From a virus (lineage: Duplodnaviria > Heunggongvirae > Uroviricota > Caudoviricetes > Herelleviridae), in the IMG/VR virus record IMGVR_UViG_2706796076_000001: a stretch of 61,208 bases of DNA, one strand, 5' to 3'. Position numbers and translations under genes: made by a program. The notes below the pieces were generated by a model. That model was not told the origin of the DNA. It saw only the letters and a program-made list of their open reading frames with translations, and made no database searches. This document shows, in pieces, positions 48,759 to 59,198 of this stretch (position 1 is its first letter; every line of letters starts with the position of its first letter).

Positions 48759-50372
48759 ATGGGAAGTGTTAAGACAAAAAGAAAACTACTAGACTATTTA
48801 GAATCTAATTCTAAAGACAATATATTTACTATATCAACAAAGAAAAAAATAGCTGAGTCAGTAGGTGTATCTGTATCAACTATTAATAACAATCTTAAAA
48901 AATTAGAAGAAGAGAATAAAATAGCAGTAGCTACTAAAAAAGGTCACAACGGTGGTATTGTTATTACACTTATTAAAGAGAGATTTAATACAGAAGACCT
49001 TGTAGAATTTAATAAGAGTAACGATAATATTATACAATCAGCACAGAAATATGCTAAAGATTTAAGAGATAAACACTTCCCTACATATACTTATCAAAGA
49101 AAAGAAAATAGAAGACGAACTAAACAAGAGATGGCAAAATATAAGGCTATCAAAGATAAGAATAGACGTATTATACTAGATATGAATTTAGAGCTAAGCA
49201 ATATGAATTATCCTTCTAAAGAAGTATTTAATATGTCTTATGACCCTGAAGGGTTTTATAAAGCTTATATATTATGCAAACTCTATGATACGTATTGTAT
49301 AGCACACATGAACGCTAGACGAGATTTTCATGAAAGAAGAATAGAAAAAAATGACTTAGAACCATACCAAGTAAAACATCATAAAAAGTATATAGAGTTT
49401 TATAAAAATCAATTAGTTGTATTTTTATCTAAAAATAGTGTATCCGATAATTTCTTTGGTAGTAAAACATTTAACACTTTCTATAATTTTTATAATAAAA
49501 TAAAAGATTTAAATAATTTTAATGTTTTTCTTTATATGCAAAATGTATTTAATAATGTATCTTATGTGTATGAAAATACAAATTCTAGTATAAATATTCC
49601 TATGCCTAATTATTTTAATTCTGATAAATATTTTGAACAATACTATAAATATATAGATACTATAAAGAAAAATGTAAATAACACACAGAGACATTTAGGA
49701 GATACTGAGTTATTAGTAGATTCAACTATATATAAGAATAATCCAGCATTAAATCAGTTACAGCAAATGTATATGTCAAAATTAAATGATGAAATACATG
49801 ATATTGACACAATGTTTGAAAAAGCATTAGATTTAGAGGATTTAGAATTCGGTTTTGTAAGAGATAATAAACACTTGACTTTATTAAACTTTAGTGATAA
49901 AGTAGATAAATCAATTAAAGATATGAAAAAAGAAGAAGCAAAAGTAATTAATAAATTTGTTAAGCAACTTATTATTAATGAGTATGCACCAACTAGTTTT
50001 TCAAGTAATGTACGTATTTCTTTATTTCCTATGCAAAGACACCATATAATATCAGAATTAGAACTTAATAATAAATCCTTAAAAGATAATTTAATTAATA
50101 TAGGATTAGTATCTGATAATGCAGACCTAAGAAATTTAACTAAGCAAGATATTTCAAATCTTACTTCAGTAGCTTATGACTACCTTGTACTTAGTAAGAA
50201 TAGTTCTACCTATTATGTTTTGAGAATGTTTGCTGACTTCATGGGTTATGAAGTAAATATCAAAGATGTTAAATATATTTTAACTAAATATAACTTAGAG
50301 GACTTGATTCCATTAACTTCTTATGGTATGCTAGATTATAATAGATTGAAAAGAGAGAGTGATTATCAATAA
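48759..50372 (+). CDS. Rep-like protein with N-terminal HTH
   Basis: KIAESVGVSVSTINNNLKKL helix-turn-helix; 537 aa; conserved synteny. The last codons come from the inserted IS. Confidence 0.8.
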   Translation: MGSVKTKRKLLDYLESNSKDNIFTISTKKKIAESVGVSVSTINNNLKKLEEENKIAVATKKGHNGGIVITLIKERFNTEDLVEFNKSNDNIIQSAQKYAKDLRDKHFPTYTYQRKENRRRTKQEMAKYKAIKDKNRRIILDMNLELSNMNYPSKEVFNMSYDPEGFYKAYILCKLYDTYCIAHMNARRDFHERRIEKNDLEPYQVKHHKKYIEFYKNQLVVFLSKNSVSDNFFGSKTFNTFYNFYNKIKDLNNFNVFLYMQNVFNNVSYVYENTNSSINIPMPNYFNSDKYFEQYYKYIDTIKKNVNNTQRHLGDTELLVDSTIYKNNPALNQLQQMYMSKLNDEIHDIDTMFEKALDLEDLEFGFVRDNKHLTLLNFSDKVDKSIKDMKKEEAKVINKFVKQLIINEYAPTSFSSNVRISLFPMQRHHIISELELNNKSLKDNLINIGLVSDNADLRNLTKQDISNLTSVAYDYLVLSKNSSTYYVLRMFADFMGYEVNIKDVKYILTKYNLEDLIPLTSYGMLDYNRLKRESDYQ

Positions 50373-50385
50373 GAGATGAGTAATT

Positions 50386-51492
50386 ATGATACGATATAAA
50401 ACAGAGATAAAACCAAACAAAAAACAAATAAAAGAAATTAATAAAACAATTAATGCGTGTAAATTTGTTTATAATAAATTTATAGAAATTAATAAAATTC
50501 GTTATGACAATGGCTTGAAATTTTTAAATCATATGAAGTTTAGTGTATGGTATAACAATGAATTTATTCCAAATAATAAAGATAAAAATTGGACTAAAGA
50601 AGTAAGCACTAAAGCTACCAAACAAGCCATGGCAAATGCAGAAAATTCTTACGTTAGATTTTGGAATAAAACTAGTGGTTATCCTAATTTTAAGAAAAAA
50701 CAAAGTAATGGTTCTTATTACTTGATAGGTAAAATTAAAGTAGAAAGACACAGAATAAAGTTACCTAATTTGAAATGGGTTAAATTAAAAGAAAAAGGAT
50801 ATATACCTAATAAAAATATAAAATCAGCTACTGTCATTAAAGAAAATGATAGATACTTTATATCAGTATTAGTTGATGAAGAACCTAAGATTATCTTTAA
50901 GAAACCTCAAACAGAAGGAATAGGTATAGACTTAGGTTTAAAAGATACATTGTTCACACCTTCAGGTGTTAAAATAACAGATTTAAGAAAAAATAAAAAA
51001 CTTATTAAACTAAATAAATCATTAAAGAGACAGCAAAGAAAATTAAGTAGAAAACAAAAGAAATCAAATAATTGGTTTAAACAGTTAATAAAAGTACAAA
51101 GATTATATCGAAAAATATCTAATTTAAAGAAAGATATTAAACGAAAAAGCATTTTATCCATTGTTAAAGAGAATCCACAATATATCACAATTGAAAATTT
51201 AAATATTAAAGGTATGATGAAAAATAGAAAATTGTCTAATGCTTTCCAGCAAGTAGGATTAGGTTACATTGTTGATTGGCTTAAATGGAAATGCTATGAA
51301 TATGGCATTGAATTAAGACAAGTTGATAGGTTTTATCCATCTAGTCAGCTATGTAACCAGTGTGGAAATAGACAAAAAATGCCTTTAAATAAAAGAGTTT
51401 ACAAATGTGAAAATTGTGGTACAATAGAAGATAGAGATATAAATGCTAGTATCAATTTAAAACAAGCAAAAGAATACACAGTACTAGTGTAA
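50386..51492 (+). CDS. tnpB: TnpB RNA-guided endonuclease
   Basis: RuvC residues in GIDLG, ITIENL and DRDINAS; CNQC/CENC zinc finger; YPSSQLC motif. Confidence 0.95.
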   Translation: MIRYKTEIKPNKKQIKEINKTINACKFVYNKFIEINKIRYDNGLKFLNHMKFSVWYNNEFIPNNKDKNWTKEVSTKATKQAMANAENSYVRFWNKTSGYPNFKKKQSNGSYYLIGKIKVERHRIKLPNLKWVKLKEKGYIPNKNIKSATVIKENDRYFISVLVDEEPKIIFKKPQTEGIGIDLGLKDTLFTPSGVKITDLRKNKKLIKLNKSLKRQQRKLSRKQKKSNNWFKQLIKVQRLYRKISNLKKDIKRKSILSIVKENPQYITIENLNIKGMMKNRKLSNAFQQVGLGYIVDWLKWKCYEYGIELRQVDRFYPSSQLCNQCGNRQKMPLNKRVYKCENCGTIEDRDINASINLKQAKEYTVLV

Positions 51493-51668
51493 AAGAAAGG
51501 AGAAAGTTACTAAAAATTAGTAACTTACTTTAAATGTACTATATAAATACGGTGGGCTACATCGGAATTAACGCTCTGGGAGTGGTTTTTAGACCTAGTT
51601 GTAAATACAACTAACCACGTTGAAAAGAGAACTTTTCTAAATACATTTAAGTATGTTTTTAGTAGCAG
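51493..51668 (+). ncRNA. Probable TnpB omega-RNA scaffold (right end)
   Basis: TACGGTGGGCTACATCGGAATTAACGCTCTGGGAG resembles recalled tnpB 3' regions; several hairpins (e.g. TAGTTGTA-aa-TACAACTA); ends ...GTAGCAG. Confidence 0.65.
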
Positions 51669-51677
51669 TGAGAAGAT

Positions 51678-53117
51678 TTGAGTAAACGAATAAAGGAAGT
51701 CATCCTTCATAAATCAATGAATGATATTAATTTTGCTAGAGAGGTTTTAACTAACCTACCTAAGCATCTATTCTCAGATGAATCTGAGGAAATGAAATAT
51801 ATTTATACAGCAATAAAAAGAAAATCACATACTTCAGAACATATATCTACAGAGTCATTAGCTATCAAAATAGAAGATATAATGACAAAAAATAAATGTG
51901 AAGAAGATACTATTACTAATACAATACAATATATGGATAATTTAACAAAAGTTAAGTTAGATAATGAAGATGATTCTATAAATAGTGAAATAAATAAATA
52001 TGTTAAAACAGAAATGTCTAAAAATGTTTTGACTAAATTTATTATAGAAAATAAGCAGGAAGATTCTGATAACTTAACAGAACTTGTTGAAAAACTAAAA
52101 GAAATAGAAGTAAAAGACATTGCGGGTACTAGCGGTGAGCTTATTGATTTCTTTGCAGATACTGATAAAAAATTACATGAGTTAAAGCACATTGCTAAAA
52201 ATAAATTTTCTACAGGGTTTGCTTCTATTGATGAGCAAATAGAAGGAGGAATTGCTAGAGGTGAAGTAGGATTAGTTATGGCTCCTACAGGTAGAGGTAA
52301 GTCATTGATGGCTTCTAATCTAGCTAAGAATTATGTACGTTCTGGTTTAAATGTTCTATATGTAGCACTAGAGGAGAACATGGATAGAATGATTTTAAGA
52401 GCAGAGCAACAAATGTTAGGTGTAGAGAAAAAGCATTTAATTGATGAGAATATGCAATTAAATGAAGATGTATATAAAGCTTTACAAAAGAAATATGAAG
52501 AAAATAGACCTTTCTTTGGTGAGTACTTTTTATCTAAACACATGCCACAGCAAGTATCTCCTAATGACTTAGAACAGTTAATCGTAAATACAAGAATAAA
52601 GTATGATAAACGTATTGATGTTGTAATTATTGACTACCCACATTTGATGCGTAACCCTTATGCAAGAAATTATTCAGAATCAGATGCTGGAGGTAAATTA
52701 TTTGAAGAGATTCGAAGATTAGCACAACAATACCAGTTTGTATGCTGGACTTTAGCTCAAACTAATAGAACAGCATACGGTGCTGAAGTTATTACAAGTG
52801 AACATGTTGAGGGTTCTAGAAAAATACTAAACGCTGTCGAAGTAGCACTTGCAGTAAACCAAAAAGATGAAGAATTTAAAAACGGTTACTTAAGACTTTA
52901 TTTAGATAAAATACGAAATAGTTCAAATACAGGTGAAAGATTTGTTCACTTAAAAGTAGAACCAAGTAAAATGCGTGTAAGAGATGAGACCCCTGAAGAA
53001 GAAGCAGAACATAAACAATTATTATCAGATAATGGTAAAGATAGACCTAATACTTTTGATAAAAAACAAAGTAAGATAGAAACTATAAATAATAATTTTG
53101 GAGGAATTGAAATTTAG
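51678..53117 (+). CDS. DnaB-like replicative helicase (TTG start)
   Basis: APTGRGKS Walker A; VVIIDY; LAQTNR; KIRN. Confidence 0.92.
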   Translation: MSKRIKEVILHKSMNDINFAREVLTNLPKHLFSDESEEMKYIYTAIKRKSHTSEHISTESLAIKIEDIMTKNKCEEDTITNTIQYMDNLTKVKLDNEDDSINSEINKYVKTEMSKNVLTKFIIENKQEDSDNLTELVEKLKEIEVKDIAGTSGELIDFFADTDKKLHELKHIAKNKFSTGFASIDEQIEGGIARGEVGLVMAPTGRGKSLMASNLAKNYVRSGLNVLYVALEENMDRMILRAEQQMLGVEKKHLIDENMQLNEDVYKALQKKYEENRPFFGEYFLSKHMPQQVSPNDLEQLIVNTRIKYDKRIDVVIIDYPHLMRNPYARNYSESDAGGKLFEEIRRLAQQYQFVCWTLAQTNRTAYGAEVITSEHVEGSRKILNAVEVALAVNQKDEEFKNGYLRLYLDKIRNSSNTGERFVHLKVEPSKMRVRDETPEEEAEHKQLLSDNGKDRPNTFDKKQSKIETINNNFGGIEI

Positions 53118-53181
53118 TAAAAATACCACTTGACTTATTAAAAGTTAAGTGGTATAATTTATGTATAATAAAAAAAGGAGT
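53118..53181 (+). repeat. 64-bp promoter-RBS cassette, copy 1
   Basis: TTGACT-N17-TATAAT inside a 12-bp inverted repeat, plus AAGGAG; 62 of 64 nt identical to 55098-55161. Confidence 0.9.
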
Positions 53182-53188
53182 AGGTTAG

Positions 53189-53494
53189 ATGAAATTAACA
53201 ATTAGAGAACTACAAGATAAAACAAATTTTTTAAAATACTCAAAGTTAAGTAAAACCACAAAAGAAGATATGGTAAACTACTTAGCAGACGAAGAAGAAT
53301 TAAAAAAGATAATTAAAGAAACTGTAGGAGATACAATAAAAAAAGGTAATAAAAAATCTGTAATTGATGATATTTGTGTTGAAATTAATGAATATATAGA
53401 GAGCACGTTATCACTATATTTGGATACTGAACCATTACATTTAACGCTTGATGAGTGGTCAGACCATGATACAGTAGACTTGGAGGTTGAGTAA
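53189..53494 (+). CDS. Hypothetical protein (accessory)
   Basis: 101 aa, directly downstream of the cassette promoter and RBS. Confidence 0.75.
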   Translation: MKLTIRELQDKTNFLKYSKLSKTTKEDMVNYLADEEELKKIIKETVGDTIKKGNKKSVIDDICVEINEYIESTLSLYLDTEPLHLTLDEWSDHDTVDLEVE

Positions 53495-54057
53495 TGCTTA
53501 CTAATAAACAACTAAAGATTAACTTAATAATTGTAAAGCCTGATGACTTTATAATAGAGCAATACTTTTATTTAGGATACTGTGAGACAATATTAAGAAA
53601 CAGTAAAACTACATTACTAACAGTATATAATTTTGATAATATAGTTAGGGTGGATAATAATAAAAGAGGTGTAACTAGATATTTTAAAAAAGAAAATAAA
53701 AGCGATAGTATACCTGATGAAGCATTAGATTATTTATATTTAGATATATTTGAAAAGGAAGTTAAGATAGAGCCTTTGACTACACAAGATATTTATAAAT
53801 ATATTAAAAATAAAGTTCCTAAAGATTACATTGTTAAGAACATATGGAATGAGGTACAAGTATACAAAAATTTTATAACGGAATCAGTTATAGTAGAATT
53901 TATAAACGAAAGGTATGTAAAATTAGTTAGTATACAAGGTACTTCTATAACTTATCTAAGACCTAATTATGGAAATAGTTTAACTAATACACTTATATAT
54001 GATACTATTGATGATTTAGTAGGATACTTACTTGAATTGATGGGGGATAATAAATAA
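53494..54057 (+). CDS. Hypothetical protein (accessory)
   Basis: 187 aa; coupled; GGAGG RBS. Confidence 0.72.
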   Translation: MLTNKQLKINLIIVKPDDFIIEQYFYLGYCETILRNSKTTLLTVYNFDNIVRVDNNKRGVTRYFKKENKSDSIPDEALDYLYLDIFEKEVKIEPLTTQDIYKYIKNKVPKDYIVKNIWNEVQVYKNFITESVIVEFINERYVKLVSIQGTSITYLRPNYGNSLTNTLIYDTIDDLVGYLLELMGDNK

Positions 54058-55091
54058 TGAAATTTATATTTTTTACTGACAGTCATTTTCATTTATTTAC
54101 AAACTATAGTAAACCAGATGAGGAATTTACAAATGATAGATTTAGAGAACAAATAGAAACACTACAGAAAGTTTTTGATATTGCAAGAGAAAATAAGGCT
54201 AAAGTTATTTTTGGAGGGGATTTATTCCATAAAAGAAATGCTGTAGACACTAGAGTATATAATAAAGTATTTGAAGTATTTGCTAACAATCAAGATGTTA
54301 AAGTATATATGGTTAGAGGAAATCATGATGCAGTATCCAATAGTTTATATACTTCTTCAAGTATTGATATATTTGAAACATTACCTAATGTAGAGGTTAC
54401 AAAGTCTTTAAGAACAGAACCGTTGAGTAGTAAAGTACAACTTACAATGTGTGCTTATGGTGATGAGACTGAAGAAATTAAAGAGTTTATTAAAAACTCT
54501 TATGTAGAAGGTAAAGTTAATATTTTAGTAGGTCATTTAGGTGTAGAAGGTAGCTTAACAGGTAAAGGGTCACATAGACTAGAGGGTGCTTTTGGTTATC
54601 AAGATTTGATGCCTAATGAATATGATTTTATTTTACTAGGACATTACCATAGAAGACAGTATTTTAAAAATACAAATCATATGTACGGTGGGAGCTTAAT
54701 GCAACAATCATTTAGTGATGAACAAGAAGCTAACGGGGTACATTTAATTGATACGGATAAATTAACAACAGAGTTTATACCTTTAGATACTAGAAAATTT
54801 ATTACTATACAAGGAGATAATCCACCAGAAGAATTAGAGGAACTAATCAATAAAAATCATTTTATTAGATTTATCGGAACACCAGAACAGGCTAAAGTAT
54901 TTGAACTGGATAAAGGTATGGAAGATAAAAATGTACAAGTACAAATGCAAAAAGAATATACAGTAGAAAAGAGAATTGATTCAGATGTTTCTGATAGTCC
55001 TTCTGAGATAGTATCTAGTTTTGCAGATAAGTATTACCCTGACTCAAAAGATGAAATGCTAGAGTGTTTAAAAGAAGCACAAATAAATTAA
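54057..55091 (+). CDS. SbcD/Mre11-like metallophosphoesterase nuclease
   Basis: DSH, GDLFH, GNHD and GHYH motifs. Confidence 0.93.
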   Translation: MKFIFFTDSHFHLFTNYSKPDEEFTNDRFREQIETLQKVFDIARENKAKVIFGGDLFHKRNAVDTRVYNKVFEVFANNQDVKVYMVRGNHDAVSNSLYTSSSIDIFETLPNVEVTKSLRTEPLSSKVQLTMCAYGDETEEIKEFIKNSYVEGKVNILVGHLGVEGSLTGKGSHRLEGAFGYQDLMPNEYDFILLGHYHRRQYFKNTNHMYGGSLMQQSFSDEQEANGVHLIDTDKLTTEFIPLDTRKFITIQGDNPPEELEELINKNHFIRFIGTPEQAKVFELDKGMEDKNVQVQMQKEYTVEKRIDSDVSDSPSEIVSSFADKYYPDSKDEMLECLKEAQIN

Positions 55092-55097
55092 GTAAAA

Positions 55098-55161
55098 TAA
55101 AAATACCACTTGACTTATCAAAAGTTAAGTGGTATAATTTATATATAATAAAAAAAGGAGT
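55098..55161 (+). repeat. 64-bp promoter-RBS cassette, copy 2
   Basis: Near-identical to 53118-53181. Confidence 0.9.
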
Positions 55162-55168
55162 TAATAAA

Positions 55169-55558
55169 ATGTTCAAACGATATAAGAATTATTTAGATAA
55201 AAGTGATGAAGAGAATTTAGATGAAGATTGGAATAGAGTAGTAGATGATTTATGGGAAGTTATTAGAGATATTAAACCTAAAATCAATACATTAGATATA
55301 AGTAATGTGGTAAGTAAAGATTTAGATAAAAGTAAACCTATATTACAGTTTAAAGATGCAGATAGTGTAATAGAGAACATTTGTAATGTTGAAGGTTTAG
55401 AAGATGGTTTATCTAAAATAAAAAAGATTTTTGACGACAGTAATTTTGAAAAACATTACTATAATAGAATTATAGAACATGATGAATACTATTGGATTGA
55501 TTACGGTTCTCATCATTGTTTCTTTAGAGTTACGAAAGGAGATATAAATAATGGTTAA
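55169..55558 (+). CDS. Hypothetical protein (129 aa; likely start 55169, not 55064)
   Basis: ATG lies 8 nt after the cassette GGAG; the track's upstream extension runs through the promoter. Confidence 0.8.
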   Translation: MFKRYKNYLDKSDEENLDEDWNRVVDDLWEVIRDIKPKINTLDISNVVSKDLDKSKPILQFKDADSVIENICNVEGLEDGLSKIKKIFDDSNFEKHYYNRIIEHDEYYWIDYGSHHCFFRVTKGDINNG

Positions 55559-57464
55559 ATTTAAGTATGTTAAAATGAATAATTTTATGGCAATTAAAGA
55601 AGCAGAATTAGAGTTAGATAACCAAGGATTAATTTTGATTGAAGGGGTAAATAAAACTAATGATTCTTTTGATTCTAATGGTAGTTCAAAATCTACTTTA
55701 GTGTCATCTATTACTTATGCTTTATATGGTAAAACAGAAAAAGGATTAAAAGCAGATGATGTAGTTAACAAGTATGAAAAGAAAAATACATCAGTTATTT
55801 TATCTTTTAATATTGGAGAAGATAATTATAGAGTTGAACGATATAGAAAACATAAGGAATTTAAAAACAAAGTTAAATTATTTTGTAATGATAAAGAAAT
55901 TACAGGCTCTACAAATGATGTGACAGATAAACAAATACAAGATTTATTTGGAATTGATTTTAATACCTATGTCAATGCCATTATTTACGGACAGGGAGAT
56001 ATTCCTATGTTTTCACAAGCAACAGATAAAGGTAAAAAAGAGATTTTAGAATCAATTACAAAAGTAGAAGTCTATAAAAAAGCACAAGATGTAGCTAAGG
56101 AAAAAGTAAAAGAAGTAGAAGAACAACAAAATAAAGAACAGCAAGAAATTGAAAAACTAGGATACCAAAAAGAACTAAAACAAGAACAGTTTGATAAAGA
56201 AGTGTCTAAGTATAACCAAGTAATGGAACAAAAGAAACAAGAGGAAGAAACTTTCAAACAAAGACAAGAAGAATATAATAACAAAGTTAAAGAATTAGAT
56301 GAACAAATTAACACATTAAAACAAAATATACCTGAAATTGAAAATACAGAGTTTATTTTCAGTGATAACTATAATAAAGCAAAAGAAGGTATTGAACTTA
56401 TTAAAAACAATATAAATGATAAGTTAATGCCCGTTTGGAATCAAGAAGAATTGTCTGAACGAGTAGTAGACCAAGAAATTAGAAGTATCCAATCTAAGAT
56501 TAATCAACTAGATACAAACGACCATTGCCCTGTTTGTGGTTCTCCAATTGATAATTCACACAAAGTAAAAGAAAAAGAAAATATGGAGACACAAATATCA
56601 CAAGAACAAGAAAAGTTAAAACAACATAAAGAAAATAAACAAAAAATAGAAGATAAAAAAAGAGAATTAGAAACTAAGATTAACCAATTAGAACAAATGA
56701 TGAAAGAAGAAGATTTACAAAAACAAAATCACGATAGAGAAATACAAAAACAATATCAACAACAACAAGAAGTGTATAACAATATTAGTCAATTAGAAAA
56801 TAGTAAATCAGGTTTACAAAAACCAACACTTAATGATTACTCATATATTGAAAAACCTGATGAAAAATTATACAAAAAAGAACAAAATGATATTGATAAA
56901 GCTATTGACAAACATAAAGATAAAGTGGTACAATTAGAGACGAAGAAAAACAAATACAGTAATGCAGTAGATGCGTTTGGTAATAAAGGTATACGTTCTG
57001 TAGTACTAGATTTCATTACACCATTCTTAAATGAAAGAGCTAATGAGTATTTACAAACATTATCAGGCTCCGATATTGAAATTGAATTCCAAACACAAGT
57101 TAAGAATTCAAAAGGAGAACTTAAAGATAAGTTTGATGTAATTGTTAAAAATAGTAATGGTGGAGAATCTTACAAAGCTAACTCAGCAGGAGAACAAAAA
57201 AGAATTGATTTATCAATTAGTTTTGCAATTCAAGATTTAATCATGTCTAAAGATGATATTTCTACTAATATTGCTTTATATGATGAGTGCTTTGATGGTT
57301 TAGATACTATAGGTTGTGAGAACGTAGTTAAGCTATTAAAAGATAGACTTAAAACTGTAAGTACTATTTTTGTTATTACTCATTCAGAATCTCTTAAACC
57401 ATTGTTTGAGAATGTAATTACAATGGTTAAAGAAGATGGAGTATCAAGACTAGAGAAGGGATAA
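55551..57464 (+). CDS. SbcC/Rad50-like ABC ATPase
   Basis: SNGSSKST Walker A; coiled coil with CPVC hook; NSAGE signature; LYDE Walker B. Confidence 0.93.
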   Translation: MVKFKYVKMNNFMAIKEAELELDNQGLILIEGVNKTNDSFDSNGSSKSTLVSSITYALYGKTEKGLKADDVVNKYEKKNTSVILSFNIGEDNYRVERYRKHKEFKNKVKLFCNDKEITGSTNDVTDKQIQDLFGIDFNTYVNAIIYGQGDIPMFSQATDKGKKEILESITKVEVYKKAQDVAKEKVKEVEEQQNKEQQEIEKLGYQKELKQEQFDKEVSKYNQVMEQKKQEEETFKQRQEEYNNKVKELDEQINTLKQNIPEIENTEFIFSDNYNKAKEGIELIKNNINDKLMPVWNQEELSERVVDQEIRSIQSKINQLDTNDHCPVCGSPIDNSHKVKEKENMETQISQEQEKLKQHKENKQKIEDKKRELETKINQLEQMMKEEDLQKQNHDREIQKQYQQQQEVYNNISQLENSKSGLQKPTLNDYSYIEKPDEKLYKKEQNDIDKAIDKHKDKVVQLETKKNKYSNAVDAFGNKGIRSVVLDFITPFLNERANEYLQTLSGSDIEIEFQTQVKNSKGELKDKFDVIVKNSNGGESYKANSAGEQKRIDLSISFAIQDLIMSKDDISTNIALYDECFDGLDTIGCENVVKLLKDRLKTVSTIFVITHSESLKPLFENVITMVKEDGVSRLEKG

Positions 57465-57470
57465 GAAAAT

Positions 57471-58070
57471 ATGAAATTAGTATTTAAAGATAAACAAGAA
57501 GTAGAAGTTATGGTATACCATAAAAAAGATTCATATGTAAAATTTAAATCACCTATTGAATCTATAATTAATTGGTATCCATTATCTAATTCTTATGATT
57601 ATAAATTAGCAAAAGATAAAAACTTTTTAGAATTAAAAAGATTACGGTCTTATTTACCAACATCTTATGGTATTAGTGATAACAATTCTTCATTAAAAAA
57701 AGAAGAGGGTTACAGATGTAATTTAAATACATGGTATAATCCTATTGTAGAAAAATATAATATGAAAGTAATTAAAAAAGCTGAAGAATATGGTATTACT
57801 ACAATTAAAGATAAATTTACACAAGAAGATGTTGATGAAGGTTTCGATATTGTAGGAGTTATGTTAAATACAATGAAAGATGTTTCTTTGGAAAGATACA
57901 AGAAATCATTGTCTGATAGGTATCTTAAGAAGTTTAATCTAAAAAGTAAAGATACACAAGTATCAGAAGCATTACAACATACAGATGCTTCAACAGATTA
58001 CACTTATGATATGTTAGGTAAGATTTATAATATGTTAGTTATTATGAAAAAAATAATTAAAGTAAGATAG
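57471..58070 (+). CDS. Conserved protein (recalled as anti-sigma factor in K-like phages)
   Basis: 199 aa; synteny between the ATPase and primase. Confidence 0.55.
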   Translation: MKLVFKDKQEVEVMVYHKKDSYVKFKSPIESIINWYPLSNSYDYKLAKDKNFLELKRLRSYLPTSYGISDNNSSLKKEEGYRCNLNTWYNPIVEKYNMKVIKKAEEYGITTIKDKFTQEDVDEGFDIVGVMLNTMKDVSLERYKKSLSDRYLKKFNLKSKDTQVSEALQHTDASTDYTYDMLGKIYNMLVIMKKIIKVR

Positions 58071-58081
58071 GTTATGGTAGT

Positions 58082-59137
58082 ATGGAATTTACAGACTTTT
58101 TAACTTCTGAAATAGGAAGACCTAAAGAAAATACAATAGGAGAAAAAAGATATTGTTGTCCTTTTTGTGGGGAGAAAAAGTATAAGTTTTATGTACATGA
58201 AGAGACAGGGCAATATATATGTTTTAAATGTGAACGTGTAGGTAATCCATTTACTTTTATGAAAGCATATTTTAACGTTAGTAGTAAAGGTGCTAAGGAT
58301 ATATTAGAAGGTCACGATATAGAATTAGATAATTTTAATATTGTTGATTATGGTGACGATACTCTAACAACAAGTGAACGACTTATTTTAATGATGAGGG
58401 GTGTAGATACTACTAAAAAACAAGTAAGTATCAAACCTCCAGAATTACCTACTGGGTTTAAATATTTAAAAGATAACGTAAATAATACTGAGGCTAAACC
58501 ATTCTTTGACTACCTTTACAGTAGAGGTATAACATATAATCAAATTGTTAATTATAATATCGGTTATATAATAGAAGGATGGTGTTGGAAGGCTAACAAG
58601 GAAGAAAAAATAAAACTTACAAACAGTGTTATATTTTTTACTTATGATAACGAAGGCAAATATCAATATTGGAATACTAGAAGTATAGAAAAAAATCCTT
58701 ATATTAAAACTCTCAATGCACCTGGAGATGAATACGATATAGGAAAAAAAGATATTGTATTTAATTTAAACATCGCTAAACATCAGTCTTTTGTAATTAT
58801 TACTGAAGGTGTATTTGATGCTTTAACATTCGGAAAATACGGTGTAGCAACATTAGGTAAACATGTATCAGAAGAGCAAATAAAACTACTTAAGTTAAAT
58901 ATAGATGAAGAGACACCAATATTTATATTTTTAGATAGTGATACTATAACACAAAATGTATCACTGGCTTCTAAATTATATACAACACATAAAAATGTTT
59001 TTGTAGTACCTCATGGAAAACAAGATGCTAATGATTTAGGTGTTAAGAAAGCTATAGAGATTATTAAAAATAATAAAATACTAGCTACACCAGAAGGTAT
59101 TTCTAGGTACAAATTACAACAAAAATTTTACAAATAG
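58082..59137 (+). CDS. DNA primase
   Basis: CPFC...CFKC zinc finger; TOPRIM ITEGVFD, DSD and QDAND. Confidence 0.93.
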   Translation: MEFTDFLTSEIGRPKENTIGEKRYCCPFCGEKKYKFYVHEETGQYICFKCERVGNPFTFMKAYFNVSSKGAKDILEGHDIELDNFNIVDYGDDTLTTSERLILMMRGVDTTKKQVSIKPPELPTGFKYLKDNVNNTEAKPFFDYLYSRGITYNQIVNYNIGYIIEGWCWKANKEEKIKLTNSVIFFTYDNEGKYQYWNTRSIEKNPYIKTLNAPGDEYDIGKKDIVFNLNIAKHQSFVIITEGVFDALTFGKYGVATLGKHVSEEQIKLLKLNIDEETPIFIFLDSDTITQNVSLASKLYTTHKNVFVVPHGKQDANDLGVKKAIEIIKNNKILATPEGISRYKLQQKFYK

Positions 59138-59139
59138 AC

Positions 59140-59168
59140 TTGCATAATATTATTATTTGTGGTATAAT
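59140..59168 (+). promoter_or_regulatory. Sigma70-type promoter
   Basis: TTGCAT-N17-TATAAT with extended TG. Confidence 0.75.
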
Positions 59169-59198
59169 AATAATTAAGAATTAAAAGGAGGAAACAAT

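Larger units (their letters stand above)
50363..51671 (+). mobile_element. tnpB-only IS200/IS605 or IS607-type element (about 1.3 kb)
   Basis: AGTGA is present at both junctions (50358-50362 and 51667-51671). Removing the element restores a rep stop overlapping the helicase TTG. Confidence 0.8.

Noticed and set aside
50373-50385. ATGAGTAA as a duplicated helicase start marking the insertion site
   Set aside because: The AGTGA junction explains the insertion better and restores the rep/helicase overlap.
50363-51671. The tnpB element as an IStron (intron-IS hybrid)
   Set aside because: No group I core (P7 GACUA/UAGUC pair) was found in the short left end.
55064-55168. Track N-terminal extension of the 164-aa ORF
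   Set aside because: Runs through the promoter cassette; the RBS supports 55169.
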